Of a stretch of DNA of 64,000 nt, positions 13,890 through 27,600 are shown in pieces. The notes under the pieces are model-generated. The model was not told the origin of the DNA, searched no databases, and saw nothing but the letters and a program-made list of their open reading frames with translations. Both the position numbers and the translations under genes were made by a program. Location of the stretch: the NCBI RefSeq assembly GCF_009914755.1, contig NC_060932.1, one strand, 5' to 3'. How positions within the stretch are numbered: the stretch's first letter is position 1; each line of letters opens with the position of its first letter. Origin of the DNA: the human T2T-CHM13v2.0 reference genome, Homo sapiens.

Positions 13890-16013
13890 TCAATGAACTT
13901 CAATTTCAAGCCCAGGGAGTATCACAGAAACCCCAACATTGCCATGAAATTGATACCTTAAAATCATAAGAACTGGAAACTACATGCATGCCAACTCAAT
14001 CCCATGTAAACCAAAACCACCATGTTTGAAACTCAGCATGTCTGTTCATTAAAAATAGAATAACCAAGACTTCTGACCGAACCAGAATACTGTGCAGTCA
14101 GTGTTGCCAGCCATAAGAAAGGTCAGACTAGCTTGGGCTGGTCCACTGGATCAATCGTCTGGACTGGGCCTGTAAGCCCAAGTGTAAACTCCAACTGTAT
14201 TGTTACCTATTTCCAAGACTTTCACCCACTATATAGTTAGGTTAGCTATTATGACACAAGTGCAGATTGATTATGATTAGAGTTCATAGTCCTTCAAGTT
14301 TGGAAATAACTACTTAAAAGCAATCTAGATATAAAACTTAAAAGGTTTGTTTAAAATAATGGAAAATTGGTATACTCAGGGTAGTTCCTTTACTTTTAAA
14401 ATGATTATAATACATCTTCAGACAATTTTCAAAAGAACTACCATAAATTCTGTGATCATCACACAACGAAGTGTGGCTGATTTTTTAAAAGACATTTTAA
14501 TTTGTACTTATTATAACAAAACTTTTAATAAGCATATTTTTTTCTTAACATTAAATGGGTAAATAGGCTAGTAAAAAGTCATAAATAGGCCTATCTCTCA
14601 GATCCAAATTGTTTACAAGAACTGAAAGCCTTAAAGCTTGGAAGATTTTAATCAAGACTTCCATTAACCCCCTACCAATATCCCAGGGATCGTAGGAATT
14701 TTAAACAAAAGGGAAAGCAGAATGCTTTTAAAATGACTTAATGTGATACAGTATTAAGATATGTAACAGTGTTAGCGATTAAACAACAGGTGATATATCA
14801 CAGGCAAGCATTTCTCTTTTTTCCTCAATTATAAAATAAGACATTAAACAAGACTTGAAAATAAGCCACTGGGTTAAATCTAAGAGAAATGATTAGCGAA
14901 TAAATCAGAACACCAATACATAAAACTAAAATTTGATAGTTCTTATATATAATGAATCTATCCAACAGGCATAGTAAATACGGCATTCATTTTTAAATGG
15001 GTATTCAAGAATCTTTTCATGTATATTTTTTTCTTTGATAATATGTATATACGACCCTAAGTAGTAGGGCTATTTTTTATTTATATCTGAATAAACGCTA
15101 TTTACATATATACACACCCTACATATATATTTATATATTTAAAAGAAGATAAACGTTTTGAAGTTATTTACATAATTAAACAATTAAATTTTTATTTTAG
15201 ACTTTGATTTAAATACCCACCTTCTGTTCTAAAACGTACTCTTCTTTTAGTTTAGCTGGTTACAATAAGATACTTAAAGCATGCATGTCTTTGTGGTGTT
15301 TCTGAATCCTATCAATTACGAAAAGACTTTGACATACCCAGAGGATCTTAAAATTTGATCTCACAAATGTCAAAATAGTAACTTTCACTGCAGAGGGGGC
15401 CTCACTCATTTTTTTTAACATAGATTTTTAGTTGGAGTGAAAAGTTCAACTTCTGCTTAGATTCTCTGTAGGCTAGTGTACTATGTTTCTTAAGCTTTCC
15501 AAATACCACTTTTCAAGAACCAACTGATAAGCAACCTCTTCTGGAACACTGTCTTGATAGATTAATTGAGAAGGGGTCATTTCCTTTTTTAAATTTCTAC
15601 AACATTTTGCTATTTTTTTTTTGTTATTGTTGTTGTTTTTTCTCACTCTGTGGTACCTGACACTCTTTTTTTCTTGTGCTGTAATCGGTTTATTGAACAT
15701 TATTTTTGCTACTGGTTTGCAAAAGTCTTAAAGAATCAGTGTCTATAGCTTAGTCATGGTAATGCTGCTCCTATAATATTCTGAACAAACTAGGCTTTCA
15801 GTTTATATTCAATTATTAAATGAATGTTAGTTAATTTGGAAGTCATTCCAACTCCTCTATTCCCTATGACAGCCTACGTTTCCAGCTATCCATTAGATAT
15901 TTTCATCTGAATGCCTTACAAACTTGGTAAGTACAAAACCAGCTTCATTATTTTACCCTCACAGAACAGCTGACTCTAGAATTCTGCTAATGATACACTG
16001 AAAATAAATATAC

Positions 16014-16303
<290 letters not shown>

Positions 16304-16329
16304 GAATAAATATAGTAAAGCGTGTGAAC

Positions 16330-16555
16330 TTTGAAGCCAGGCTACTTGGACATGATCCAGTTTGATCCAGCCATTCACTAGCTGGGTGACTTTTGACAAG
16401 TGACATAACATCTCTGAGGCTCTACTTCCTCTCTGTAAAATGGAGAAAATACAGCATCTATATAAAGGGGTTATAATGAGGATTAAGTAAGTTACTACAA
16501 ACAAAGAGTAAAGCCTTGCCCATAGTTAGTCTTTATCAAAGATTAGCTATTATTT
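16330..16555 (+). mobile_element. MIR
   Basis: ctagctgggtgacttttgacaagtgacataacatctctgaggctctacttcctctctgtaaaatggag MIR core. Confidence 0.75.
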
Positions 16556-16569
16556 GTCTCCTTTCAGTC

Positions 16570-17350
16570 ATCAAAACTCAAAGCCTCTTTTTTGTCACCC
16601 GCACATATAAACTTTGCTAACTCTTGAAGACTGTCTGCTCAGCATAGCTACAGAAATCACTTCCCAACATCATTATCCTAGTGTAGGCTCCCTGTTATTA
16701 CTCATAGAGTAAGAGATCAGCCTACTAATGAGTCTTCGTCACCTCAACCCCGTCCACCTCCTTTCCATGTCAACCTATGTAAGATGGTCATATTAACCCT
16801 ATTAAAGGTTTCATCAAATTATCCTTTGCCCAAATCCTGGAATGGTTCCCTATTTCCTTCTGAGATAAAGTTTTTCAAATAAACATTTTAGAAAATTATC
16901 CTAACCTTTATGTCAAGTCTTAGCTCCCCATACTATACTATACCTAACTTTTCATCAAGCTTTTCTCTTTCCTATATCCTGAAAATGCCCCTTGTAATCT
17001 TACATTGTTTCTTCTATATTGGCTTACCCTTCATGCTGTCATATTCACCTGCTAAAAGTCCAGTCTTCCTTTCCGAAACAAGCTCAGAAAACCTTTTGGG
17101 ACAACTAAGTCGGTTTTCTCAACACAATGTGATCTGTTCCTCTTTAAACAATCATAATCATTCTCGTCTCCCTTCACCTCTTTTATGGAAGTCTGATTGT
17201 ATTTTAGCTGTCACCATACCTGTCTTATCACCTACAGCTAACTGTATATAACTTGAGTACAGAAATCTTGATATACTCATTTTCATACCCTTTATAAGTT
17301 CTTCCACAGTTCCTGCCTGAAACCCAGCAGGTGCTAAATTAATATTTATC
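16570..17350 (+). mobile_element. L2 fragment (degraded)
   Basis: Pyrimidine-rich body ending ...cacagttcctgcctgaaacccagcaggtgctaaattaatattt. Confidence 0.5.
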
Positions 17351-18319
17351 GGACAACAAGAAACTTTAGAGACCAGTATATCAGGAATTAACTCCACAAA
17401 GTTATCCTCTGCTTTTTCTATTTCTATTTCTTTCAAGTTTGAGTACAGGTTAGTTTGGTCTAGTGAATATCTGTTCTTTGAAAATAAATCCTGAATCCAT
17501 ATGAATACCAATATATTTAAATTCGGACACTCACCAACACGCATTCCAATCCCACAAACAGAAGTGTGTCTTGTTAAAATTTCATGAACTACCAAATATA
17601 ATGAATCTCTAGTGTTATGAAAGGACTTTGCCTAGAGAAGTCTAATGCTTGGAGAAGCAACTGAAAAGAGACAGGACATAGAATAGTTTTGTACTCTTTG
17701 CTTTAACACCTGATTTTCATTCTTATCTTACAATAAACTGTACAAATAGCTGTAAGCAAATGAAAGAAAATTTAAATATTTCAAAATTCAGTTTGTGCAC
17801 CAAACACTTCACTGAGTAGTTACTGGCATCAACTTCATGTGCTCACCAAAACACATTAAGAAATTTGACATATTAAGAAATGTTTTGAAGGCAGTTAAAT
17901 CCCATATATATATATAACTTTATAAGTGCATTGTCCTATGAAATATTCTCTGAATGTCCAAGTGACTGAGAAATCTTTCAATTATGAAAGTAAAATCAAT
18001 ACCTGGCTGATTCTTTGCTGCTGCTCAAGAAATGCACCTTATTCAAATAATCATATTCACTTTTTCCACTATAATAATGTTTAAAAAACTTCAGGGTTTC
18101 TATTTCTTAGCTATCACTGCAAGGCAATTCAAAATAATGGAAGCCAAGAAATAATACTGTTTTCCTGTTTCTCAGGAGTCTATATACATGATCTGGTAAA
18201 GTGACCTATGCTTGCCAATAAACTCTACTACTGTGTGGTCCCATAGAGGAGCCTGACTGTTGGGACGCCAATTCTCAAAATTTAAAATCGCAAGCAAGTT
18301 GCAATTATTCAGCTATAAA

Positions 18320-18710
18320 CATACTAAAAGTGGCACTATTGATAATAGCAAAAAATAGAAATAAATGTCCAACAATAAGAAATCGATAGACAGTTTTTCT
18401 AGGACAACTAGTACAACATATAGTGAAATACTATGAAGTCAATAAATATGATGTAGCAGAATATACGCTGCTATAAAACAGCGTGTAATTTATTAGAAAG
18501 TGAAATTAAAAGTTATTTAATAATAAACATACAAATCTATGTTTGCAGGTGCATGTCTATGTGTGTGAGTGAGCATGTCTGAGTGTGCATGTGCCTGTGT
18601 GTCTGTGTCCAGAAGTAAATACATTAAAAACGTTGAAAACTTATTTTCTTCTTTTTGCTTGTTTATATTTTCTAAAATGTCTATAATGAACATATATCTT
18701 GATAGGAAAG
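18320..18710 (+). mobile_element. Old L1M 3' fragment
   Basis: gcactattgataatagcaaaaaatagaaataaatgtccaacaataaga and an L1ME-like tail (tctaaaatgtctataatgaacatatat). Confidence 0.55.
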
Positions 18711-19439
18711 ATAATGCCAAGAAATCCTAATTTAACACCCTTTTCTCTTTTCCTGGACTTTTCCCAATTTGTTTCTCCACTTAATCCCTAGCCTCACCCT
18801 AGAGGCCACCTCCTCTCCTGAAACCCACAGGAGCTAAGTAGAAATTTGGTCACTTTCATCATGATCACCCATACTTCAAATAATTCATATATGAGTAATG
18901 ACATATGATCTCTGAAGGAACATAAAGAACAAAGATAGGTTTATAGTTTTAAGATTTCAGTGGGATGAAACTGAATTATTCACATCCATTAAACAGAGTT
19001 TGAATGATTCACAGCCAATTTTATTTTTATAATTGTAATGAAACAGCTGGGATTAGAGTCTATTCATGGACTCATAAGAAATTTGCACCCCACCTACTAA
19101 AATTAGTTTCTGCATCCAAAATTCTGATTTGAACATCTGACTGTGAACAAAACAGGCATCATCGCTCAATGCCAAGAAACTGAGGAAGGAGACTTTAAGC
19201 ATGTCACTTTCTCATAGAATTATTTTCTCATTGTGCTTACTTTCCTTTAACTTCATTCATCAGCAGCCCCTTGACATGATTCTTTTGCAGCAAAGTTGTT
19301 TCCAAAGAATGGGCTTTCTTGTACAAGATAAGTTCAAATAATACAATTTTTGAAGCTTTCAGACTGTATGTGTGACAGTTGCTTATAACTTATGGATTCT
19401 CAGCCACTGGTTGGAAATCATATTTAAGAATTTGTAGTT

Positions 19440-19488
19440 CATATATATATATAGATATAGATATAGATATAGATATAGATCTAGATCT
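19440..19488. repeat. (TA)n/(TAGATA)n compound repeat
   Basis: atatatatatatagatatagatatagatatagatatagatctagatct. Confidence 0.9.
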
Positions 19489-20634
19489 TTGGACATCAGC
19501 ATCATTACGTCCAAAATATAAGATTTTGTCTTAAAGTTGCCTCGGGTATCAATTCATAGATCTGAATGTTTAAGGTTTTAAAGGAAATTTACTTGACTCT
19601 AGATTTGCTTGACTCTGCAATTGTAAAGAGATTTGAGAAACTGCATACTTCAAACTATAATCTTCCAAAGCAGGAAACAGTATATGAGGCTTGAGTGACT
19701 CACCCAGGGTCACACGGCTAGTTAGTCACAAAGTGAATCTAGAACACAAAGTCTCCTTTCCTCCAATCCAGAGCACTTTCCACTACATCACAAGGGAAGA
19801 GCAAAAAGAAAAAATAACATCTAATTTTACCAGAAAATAAAATACAGGCAGGCCTGAACCACAGCCAGAGTTAAATGTGGAGCATACCTACCTCCAAACC
19901 CAGCTGGAACCTCAAAGGTTAGTATATATTTTAGACTCTTCAAAAATATTTTAATCACATGTGAATTTGAGGAAAGCTCTGATTTTAAAAACTCAAAAAC
20001 ACTCAGTAGTCACACAGCATAAAGTTATGACAGTATTAGCTGGATAATAAATTTGTAGACCACAAACTGTCCATCCAGACAATTTACACTTTAAAAACAT
20101 CCAACCTTCTTAGAATTAGTTTGTAAGTCAGGCAAAGAGGACAGATTTTTCTATATTACCAGGGAACTTTCAGGTAGGCAATTTCTGACACTAAGATTTA
20201 GATAAGCCAAATATGTGCATCTCCTAAAATATAGCCAGTATTGCCTTCAATTATACCATGATTTTGCAAACAAATATACTTCTAAAATGTTAACAAGTAA
20301 AGTTTTTTTTCACTGTTCAATGTACAAAAGAGGATGTTTCAAAAGTTCCACTCTGAGTCTTTTTTTAAAAAAATAGCAAATAATTATTTTTAAGTAAAGT
20401 GAATGTCTCTTTCAAATGCAGTGTTTGTACATTTTTAGATTCCATATAGAAGAGTGGCTTAACTTGTTTGTCTTAAACATTCATAAATAACATCATACAT
20501 CTTTTTATAAATGTATGGTTAAGAGTGGCCTGAGAATCTGTATTTTTAGCATATAGGTAGCACAAATGCAATGTTAATTCAGAAAGTATTCTTGCCCCTG
20601 CTTCTTCAAATTTTCATAAAAAATAATAAAAATA

Positions 20635-20846
20635 TTCTATAGTTAGCAATAATATATTGCATATTTCAAAATGGCTAGAACAGAGGACTTAAAATGTTAC
20701 CAGCACATTGAAATTCTGATAAATACTCAAGGTAATGGATACCCCAAAAACCCTGACTTGACCATTATTTATTCTATGTTTGCAGAAAATTCCCACGTAT
20801 ACCTCACCAATGTATGAAATATTATGCATCAATAACAGAAAAAAAG
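20635..20846 (+). mobile_element. L1MA 3' UTR fragment
   Basis: atagttagcaataatatattgcatatttcaaaatggctagaacagaggact...ccctgacttgaccatt..., followed by an A-tail. Confidence 0.8.
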
Positions 20847-21569
20847 CATATTCTGACATTCTGACAACTTTATCAAAGAAAAATACTTAACGGAATCAAT
20901 GTGCATTTAATATATTTCAGCAAAAAAATAAAAACAAAGATAATTAAATGCCATCTTTTAAAGAAAAGAGAAATCAATTCTTTTCTCTTGTACTCCCTCA
21001 AAGCCCATGCCATTACCCACACATGCGACATACATCGGGGGAAGGCGAAAACTTCAAAACTGGTTTGACAAAGCGTGAAGGGTAGCAGGAGCATCATCCA
21101 TGGAGGCAAAGCAAAAGCAGAGAAAAGAGAGAAATTATTCGCCCGAGAAAGGCAAAGCCTGAGTAGACTGCTTTTAATTAAAACCCTTGACTCAACTCTG
21201 CTTAAGAAAATGAGTTCTTCTTACAAATCAATTTCTCTAAAGAATAAACTATACTGCATATGCAATATAAAGTAAGCTTATTATACTATTTACCTTGTAT
21301 CGGACATGTACTGTATTCCATATATGTGATAAAATTGCCACTTGCTTTTCTCCTAATTTTTTGAATCTATCATTAAATATGTCAATTTACAATTTAGAAG
21401 TTAATCCTTAAATATTTCTAGGATATTTTTCCCACGCATTTTTTATAAGCCAAATTATTTTATACCTTAAAAATTACCCCTTTAGATAGCAGTGACTTGG
21501 ACGTTAAATACCATTTGTTATAAACCATGTACTTTCTCATTTAAATAACTGGAAATATACTACATGAAA

Positions 21570-22000
21570 TTATCCCAAAAAGATGATAAAGCAATAGAAT
21601 AATATGTACAAGGAAGTCCTTCAAAATGTCCTTTATAATTAAAAATTGGAAGTAGCCTAATTGTTCATTAATAAGGAATGTCTTAAACATACTAGGATGT
21701 CACTATTCCATGGTATAATGAGGCACAAAAATGAACATTGTGGGATGTATTTGTTGATGAGAAAAGATGTCCACAATACACTGAAAAATTAAAAAAGAAA
21801 ATTATAAAACAGGGAGGTACATGATCCTATACTTGAATAAAATATATATTTAAATATACATAAAGGATACATTAGATGCCAAAATATGAACACGAAAGTA
21901 TTTACAGGTTGGAATTTATGAGTGGTTTTCATCTTCTTTACAGTATATTGTATTATCCAACTCTTTCGCAATAAGCATGTATCACTTATGTAATTTCAAA
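21570..22000 (+). mobile_element. Old L1M 3' fragment
   Basis: atgtacaaggaag...aaaattggaagtagcctaattgttcattaataaggaatg...ataagcatgtatcacttatgtaat. Confidence 0.55.
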
Positions 22001-22119
22001 AAGGTATTTTGTTTTGTACATACACACATAAAAACGTGTATGCTTAGATGAAACAAATTAATTCTGAAACTGTAGAAAGTCACCCAAGTATTTATTAGCA
22101 AACCATATTGAACCAAAAG

Positions 22120-22300
22120 AGGCTATGCAATGGTTATGAGCAGGGACTCTAGAATTGCCAGAGCTAGAATTTAATGTCTGCCATTATAAGCAGTGTGATC
22201 TAGGCAAAATACTTAATATCCAAGCCTCAGTTTACTCATTTAAATGATGGGGATAATAATAGTTTCAACCTCAAAGAGTTCTGGTGAGGATGAAAGGAAT
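22120..22300 (+). mobile_element. MIR
   Basis: gtgtgatctaggcaaaatacttaa...gcctcagtttactcatttaaatgatggggataataatagt. Confidence 0.75.
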
Positions 22301-23386
22301 CCATCCAGTAATAAATTAATGGAAAGGTAGTAAGCTTAATCCTAGAAACTGAATGCTAAATTGACAACCAGTTATAAATATCCGTCTATTTTAACCAAAT
22401 ATTTTTTGTAATGCTTTCCTATACAATTGTTTTAAAGTAGTTTCACCAGATTTTCTTTTCTTCATTAAGAATTCAAATTTAACACCTACAAACAGGTATT
22501 CTTGTGTTACCCAATGTATATAGCTACAATCAGAAAGTTAATTCCCTGAGATTCTGTCTACCAAGACTTTTTTTATGATCAAGCATCAGTCTTGTATAAA
22601 AATTTAAACTAAATGTAACACTACAGGCAAATGCAATTCAATAAATCATGTTGTCAGGGATCTTATCACTTCCTTCACACAAAATATCATTTTAACCAGA
22701 AATCTATTTTAAAAATCTTTTCCATTTTGTACCTAAATTCTCATAAAAGTTTGATTCATAATCAGTACCTTTTTTAATGGTAGCAAAATTATAAAGTGTA
22801 TTTTGCCTTTAAAAATAGATATCTATAGTGTATATACTTAGCATTTTCTGGTTATTCATGATGTTACACATATATAAATTTCCATGGTAGAAAATGGTTT
22901 ATCCTTTTCCTAATTAATATGTCCAAAGTAATTCTTCAAAATTAAGAAACTGCCTTGTTTAAAAGAGGCAAGTTAACATATAAAATTACAAGTGAGAGGG
23001 AGGCATTTAATCATTCTGAGATGAACAATGATGCCAAACGCTCAATTTATCACAAGTGTGCTGTCATCAGAAAAAAACAAAACTAAGATTCCTTTGCTTC
23101 ACTCCTAACCACTGATATAAAGCTGTGTTCCAGACTTCCTTGTATTTGTAAATTATAGTTCATAATAAAAGTCTATAAGTAGTATTGCTTCTCCAAAAGG
23201 AAAAAGGGTCTTCAAACATCAATGAAACAATTTGCCTTTCCTTAAACTGATAACACAACTAGATACAGCAGTACCTAGCTTGCCAAGCTTCCTTGAGTTA
23301 ACAAGCAGAGCAGTCTACTAATCAATGCCTTTGCTTACAAACACTTAAGGAAAGTTTTGAACAGTATCTAATGGAAGGGAGAGAAG

Positions 23387-23417
23387 AAAAAAAAAATATA
23401 TATATATATATATATAT
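23387..23417. repeat. A(n)(TA)n microsatellite
   Basis: A-run followed by about 11 TA units. Confidence 0.9.
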
Positions 23418-23940
23418 GAGAGACAATGGAGATAATATTTACCTTTTTGGTGAAAATAACAAAATCCCCAAAAATCCAAAATAAAACCTCGTTGTGGCAT
23501 TTTAGGTATTAATGTGCCTGTAAAATGGACCCATCAGACTGGGCTCTGCCGGAAAATTACCAGATTCACATCAACACTACATACCTCATTTTTGAATCAT
23601 TCTGGCCCTGTGCTCCTGAAACTTGGGCCACCTTCTGTATACTCTTCACTTCCAACATCTAAGAATGCTCAACAATGGGTTCTTTTGGGGGCCCTGTTAT
23701 GTCCTGACTCATGCAGTCCATGGAAAAGAGAAGCCAAGCAAAAGATAGTTATATAGGAAATAATGAACAGATACTGCACTAAAGGATAACATTTCACAGT
23801 AGCTGCAAACCTACAGTCCAATTCACTAAGATACATCTGCTTCACCTGCTTTAGAAACCTGGGCCAGCAGAACTATGCCAGACCTCACAAACAGCCTAGG
23901 TTACAAAAACATTGTTGTTGTCGTTTTTCAAGTGCTATTA

Positions 23941-24697
23941 ATGTGGGTGGGAGTGTAAACTAGGGCAGCCACTATGGAGAACAGTATGGAGGCTCCTCAA
24001 AAAAACCGCAAACAGAGCTACATACATGATCTAGCAATCCCTCTCCTGAGTATTTTTCCAAAGGAAAGGAAATTAGTATATTAAAGAGACACCTGTACCC
24101 CCATGTTCACTGCAGCACTATTGACAATAATCAAGATACGGAATCAGCCTAGGTGTCCAACGACAGATAAATGAATAAACAAAATGAGGTAAATACACAC
24201 AATGGAATATATTCAGTCATAAAAAAAGAATAAAATTCTGTCACTTGCAGCAACGTGAATAGAACAGGCGAACGTTATTTTAAGTGAAATAAGCCTGGAA
24301 TAGAAAGTTAAACACTGCATGTTCTCACTTATATGTGGAAGCTAAAAAAAAAAAAAATTTATCTTGTAGAAACCAAAAACGGAAGAGAAGATATTAGAGG
24401 ATAGGAAGGGTAGGGGGAAAGGGAGAATAGGCAGAGATTTGTTGAAGGATATGAAGTTATAGCTAGACGGGAGGAGTAAGTTTCAGTGTTCTGTAGCACT
24501 GTAGGACGCCTGTACTTAACAGTAGTATGTAGTTTCAAATAGCTGGAATAGTGAATGTCCCTAATACAAAGAAATTACAAATGTTGAGGTGATGGATATA
24601 CAAATTACCCTAATCCTTCCACCACACATTATATGTATCACAACAGCACTATGTTCCCCACAATATGTACAATTATTGTGTGTGCATTAAAAAAAAA
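23941..24697 (+). mobile_element. 5'-truncated L1MA element (ORF2 end plus 3' UTR)
   Basis: gggtgggagtgtaaactag...gccactatggagaacagtatggagg...ctagcaatccctctcctgagtat...gttctcacttatatgtggaagctaaaa..., then an A-tail. Possible TSD aagtgct. Confidence 0.88.
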
Positions 24698-27600
24698 GTG
24701 CTTTAAAAAATGTGTGGGTTAATGAAGCAGACTTATAGAAAAGAAATTAGATTGCTTAAAAATCTCATTAATCAAACTAATAAAACCAAACTTCTATACC
24801 TATGGAATATGGAACGAATTTGACAACTTTCTACTGTCAAAAATGGTATATAAATGTAAAAGATGAATAATCAATAAATAAGAAAAAGCTACTTCACTTT
24901 TACACGGTAAAACAGAACTGTCATGTTCACTATTACACATAATGAATTTGATACATGGATTGTATTTTTAAAATCTAAACTAAAACATATTTGAGTTTAA
25001 ATCATATATTTTTCAAATAGATGTCAACAGAAATACATCTATATGGCACAGAAGCAGAGACATGTACAAGGATTTTTCATCTCTGCATATAGTCAATAGT
25101 TTTTAATCATTTATTTTACTCTCAGGCAAAGAAAATATCAACTGCTACCTAAAGAGAAACTACCAACAGGGCCTAAAGTCATGGCTTCATAACCAGTGTT
25201 TAGAGAGGTATATACTTCCCATTTTTCCTGATATAGTCTGATCTCTTTGGTATTTTACTTATGCACATGTAAAAAGTCCAAATCGGGTGAGAAAACAGTT
25301 ATGTACATAAACATTAAGTCAGTGCTACCTCTTTGATAACTGGAATTTTGCTTTCATTTTAATTAAATATGAAGCAAAACAATGAATATCACTTTTCACT
25401 TCAGACCATCTTTAGTTAAAAAAAAGCTCCTGCAGTCTTCTGTCAGTGGTTGTAAAGGCATTCAACATTGTCACTTGTTTAAACGTCTGTTTGGCTGCCA
25501 ATGGACTGTCCCCAAAAGAACATTTTTGCATCTCAATAGTCTGTCCGGTATCAACAATCTTTAAACTATAAATTTAACGCTGCTGAAGAAAAGGGGAAAT
25601 AACATTCTCATTGTACTGTCCTGGTATCACACTTACAAAATGAACAAATAATCAGACTATTTCCACTTATCTAGCACTCTGCATCTGAGGATCTCAAATG
25701 GCCTGACAAACGTTAATTAACTAAGCTGCACAACACTCCTGTGAGGGTGGCAGGCAGCATGATCCTCTCCAAGCGACAGATGAACGGAGATCCTGGGAGG
25801 CCCTTCCTTTGAAAGTCAGTGGCTCAACTTGGAACTCAACTTCCAGAACTTGGAACTCAACTCCCCAGGCCCATGGTTGAGCATCTCCGCTGAAGCCAAG
25901 TAGCACAAAATGTAGATGTTACAACTGACAGACTTTTCTAAAGAAATTTAAACTGGAAACCAAGATCAATCTCAAGGAGATTTATCTTTCCTCTAGCTGC
26001 AAGAAAAAAGTGCTCTAATAACTACAGCATTTGAACCTATGGAAGAACCTGAGCTACAAGTTATCTATAACATTCCGTTTTGACAAATAACATGGAGGAG
26101 TTTACCTGAATGTTGATTTTCCATGAGCTCCCCCTAAAGACTCACCCAATAAGCTTAACTGTACTTCCGTATTTTATTAACAAATGAAAAACTACACAAT
26201 GTTGGTTAATTTTTTTGTGAAATTTAATGATCGATTTTTGGATCCTTATTCATGTAGTTATCAGATAAAAAGCCAAGTTTTCTGCAATGGAATATCCAAT
26301 CTAAAAATTCCATTACAAAAATAAAATCCAGAATTTCTTATTCAGGAAACAATAAAATTAATACAGTTGCATCTGCATAAATTTATCTAAAAAATAAATA
26401 CCTTTGTGTAGATGTACATCATAAAAAAAAAACTTGTCAGAAAAGTATACAACTTTACATGAATGCTGACTATACTATACTACTTAGTTTAAAATGATTA
26501 AGAAACATCTATTGGAATATATAAAATAATTTACTTATACTGTTGGTACAGGTAATTTTAAACATGTTAACCTCTTCACAGACCTAAACTTTAAATAAAA
26601 ACACTGGGTTTTCAAAATATTATTAGTAAATGTTGGTAACCATTTTCAGGAGGTGATTCATGTTCTATAAGATCTATTCTAGAAATGTTAAGATAATAAA
26701 GTTGTCATATAAGCTTAGACTATTTCTAGCAAAGATTCTAAAGCCCTTAATACTTCTTCCTACTAACACAAGAAAATACTCAAAAATTTTGTAGAAATAT
26801 TGTGTGATTAATATGCAAAAAAAAGCCTAGTTTTCCTAGAGCAATTTATAAGATCAAGTTTATGGCAATGTGGCTTTTGTCATACTCAAAGCACAGAAGT
26901 CAACACAGAGGCATATGCAACTGAAAATTTTTATATCAAGATCAATTCCATACTAATAACAAGGGAAAAATATAGACATTTACTAAATAAAAATATACAT
27001 AAATGATATCATATTGAACACAAAACTAAAAGCCAAACACTGACCCTGACATAAGCCAAAAAAAGGAGAAAACCACTAATGTTAATGAAGAGAACATTTC
27101 GAAATTTTAGCTCTTCTTGTGATTCTTATATTTCCTTCCTCACTTTGAGAAGTACAGCAAACTTTCATTGCTAAAACCAGTTTAAAAAAAAAAGTTATCA
27201 GAAAGACTAATATGCTGAAAGCAACATTTTAATTATGTGCTTTGTAACACAATCCTAACTACATTCAGCCTTTTATTTCAAAATGTTTCCATTATTTACC
27301 AGCATAGTATTGAACTATATTAAATCAACATTTTCTGTTGGGCAAGTTTTCCATACTTAATTCTTGATATCACTCTGTATAGTATTTTTAAATGATTAAG
27401 TTTTACTTTAGTATTAGAAACTGTATATATAAATGTATTAATATACTTGCTCTATTAATGCTATATTGAAAAAACTATTTAATTAAAAAGGTACTTTTAA
27501 AATCTGATAGTTTACATTTCTTAAATTGCTTACAATTTCTGAATAATTGTAGTTACTTTCAAGTTCTATTTTATTGTTTCAAATATAAACATGCATTCTG

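Noticed and set aside
16910-17595. 113-aa and 145-aa ORFs
   Set aside because: Overlap degraded L2-like sequence; no recognisable protein.
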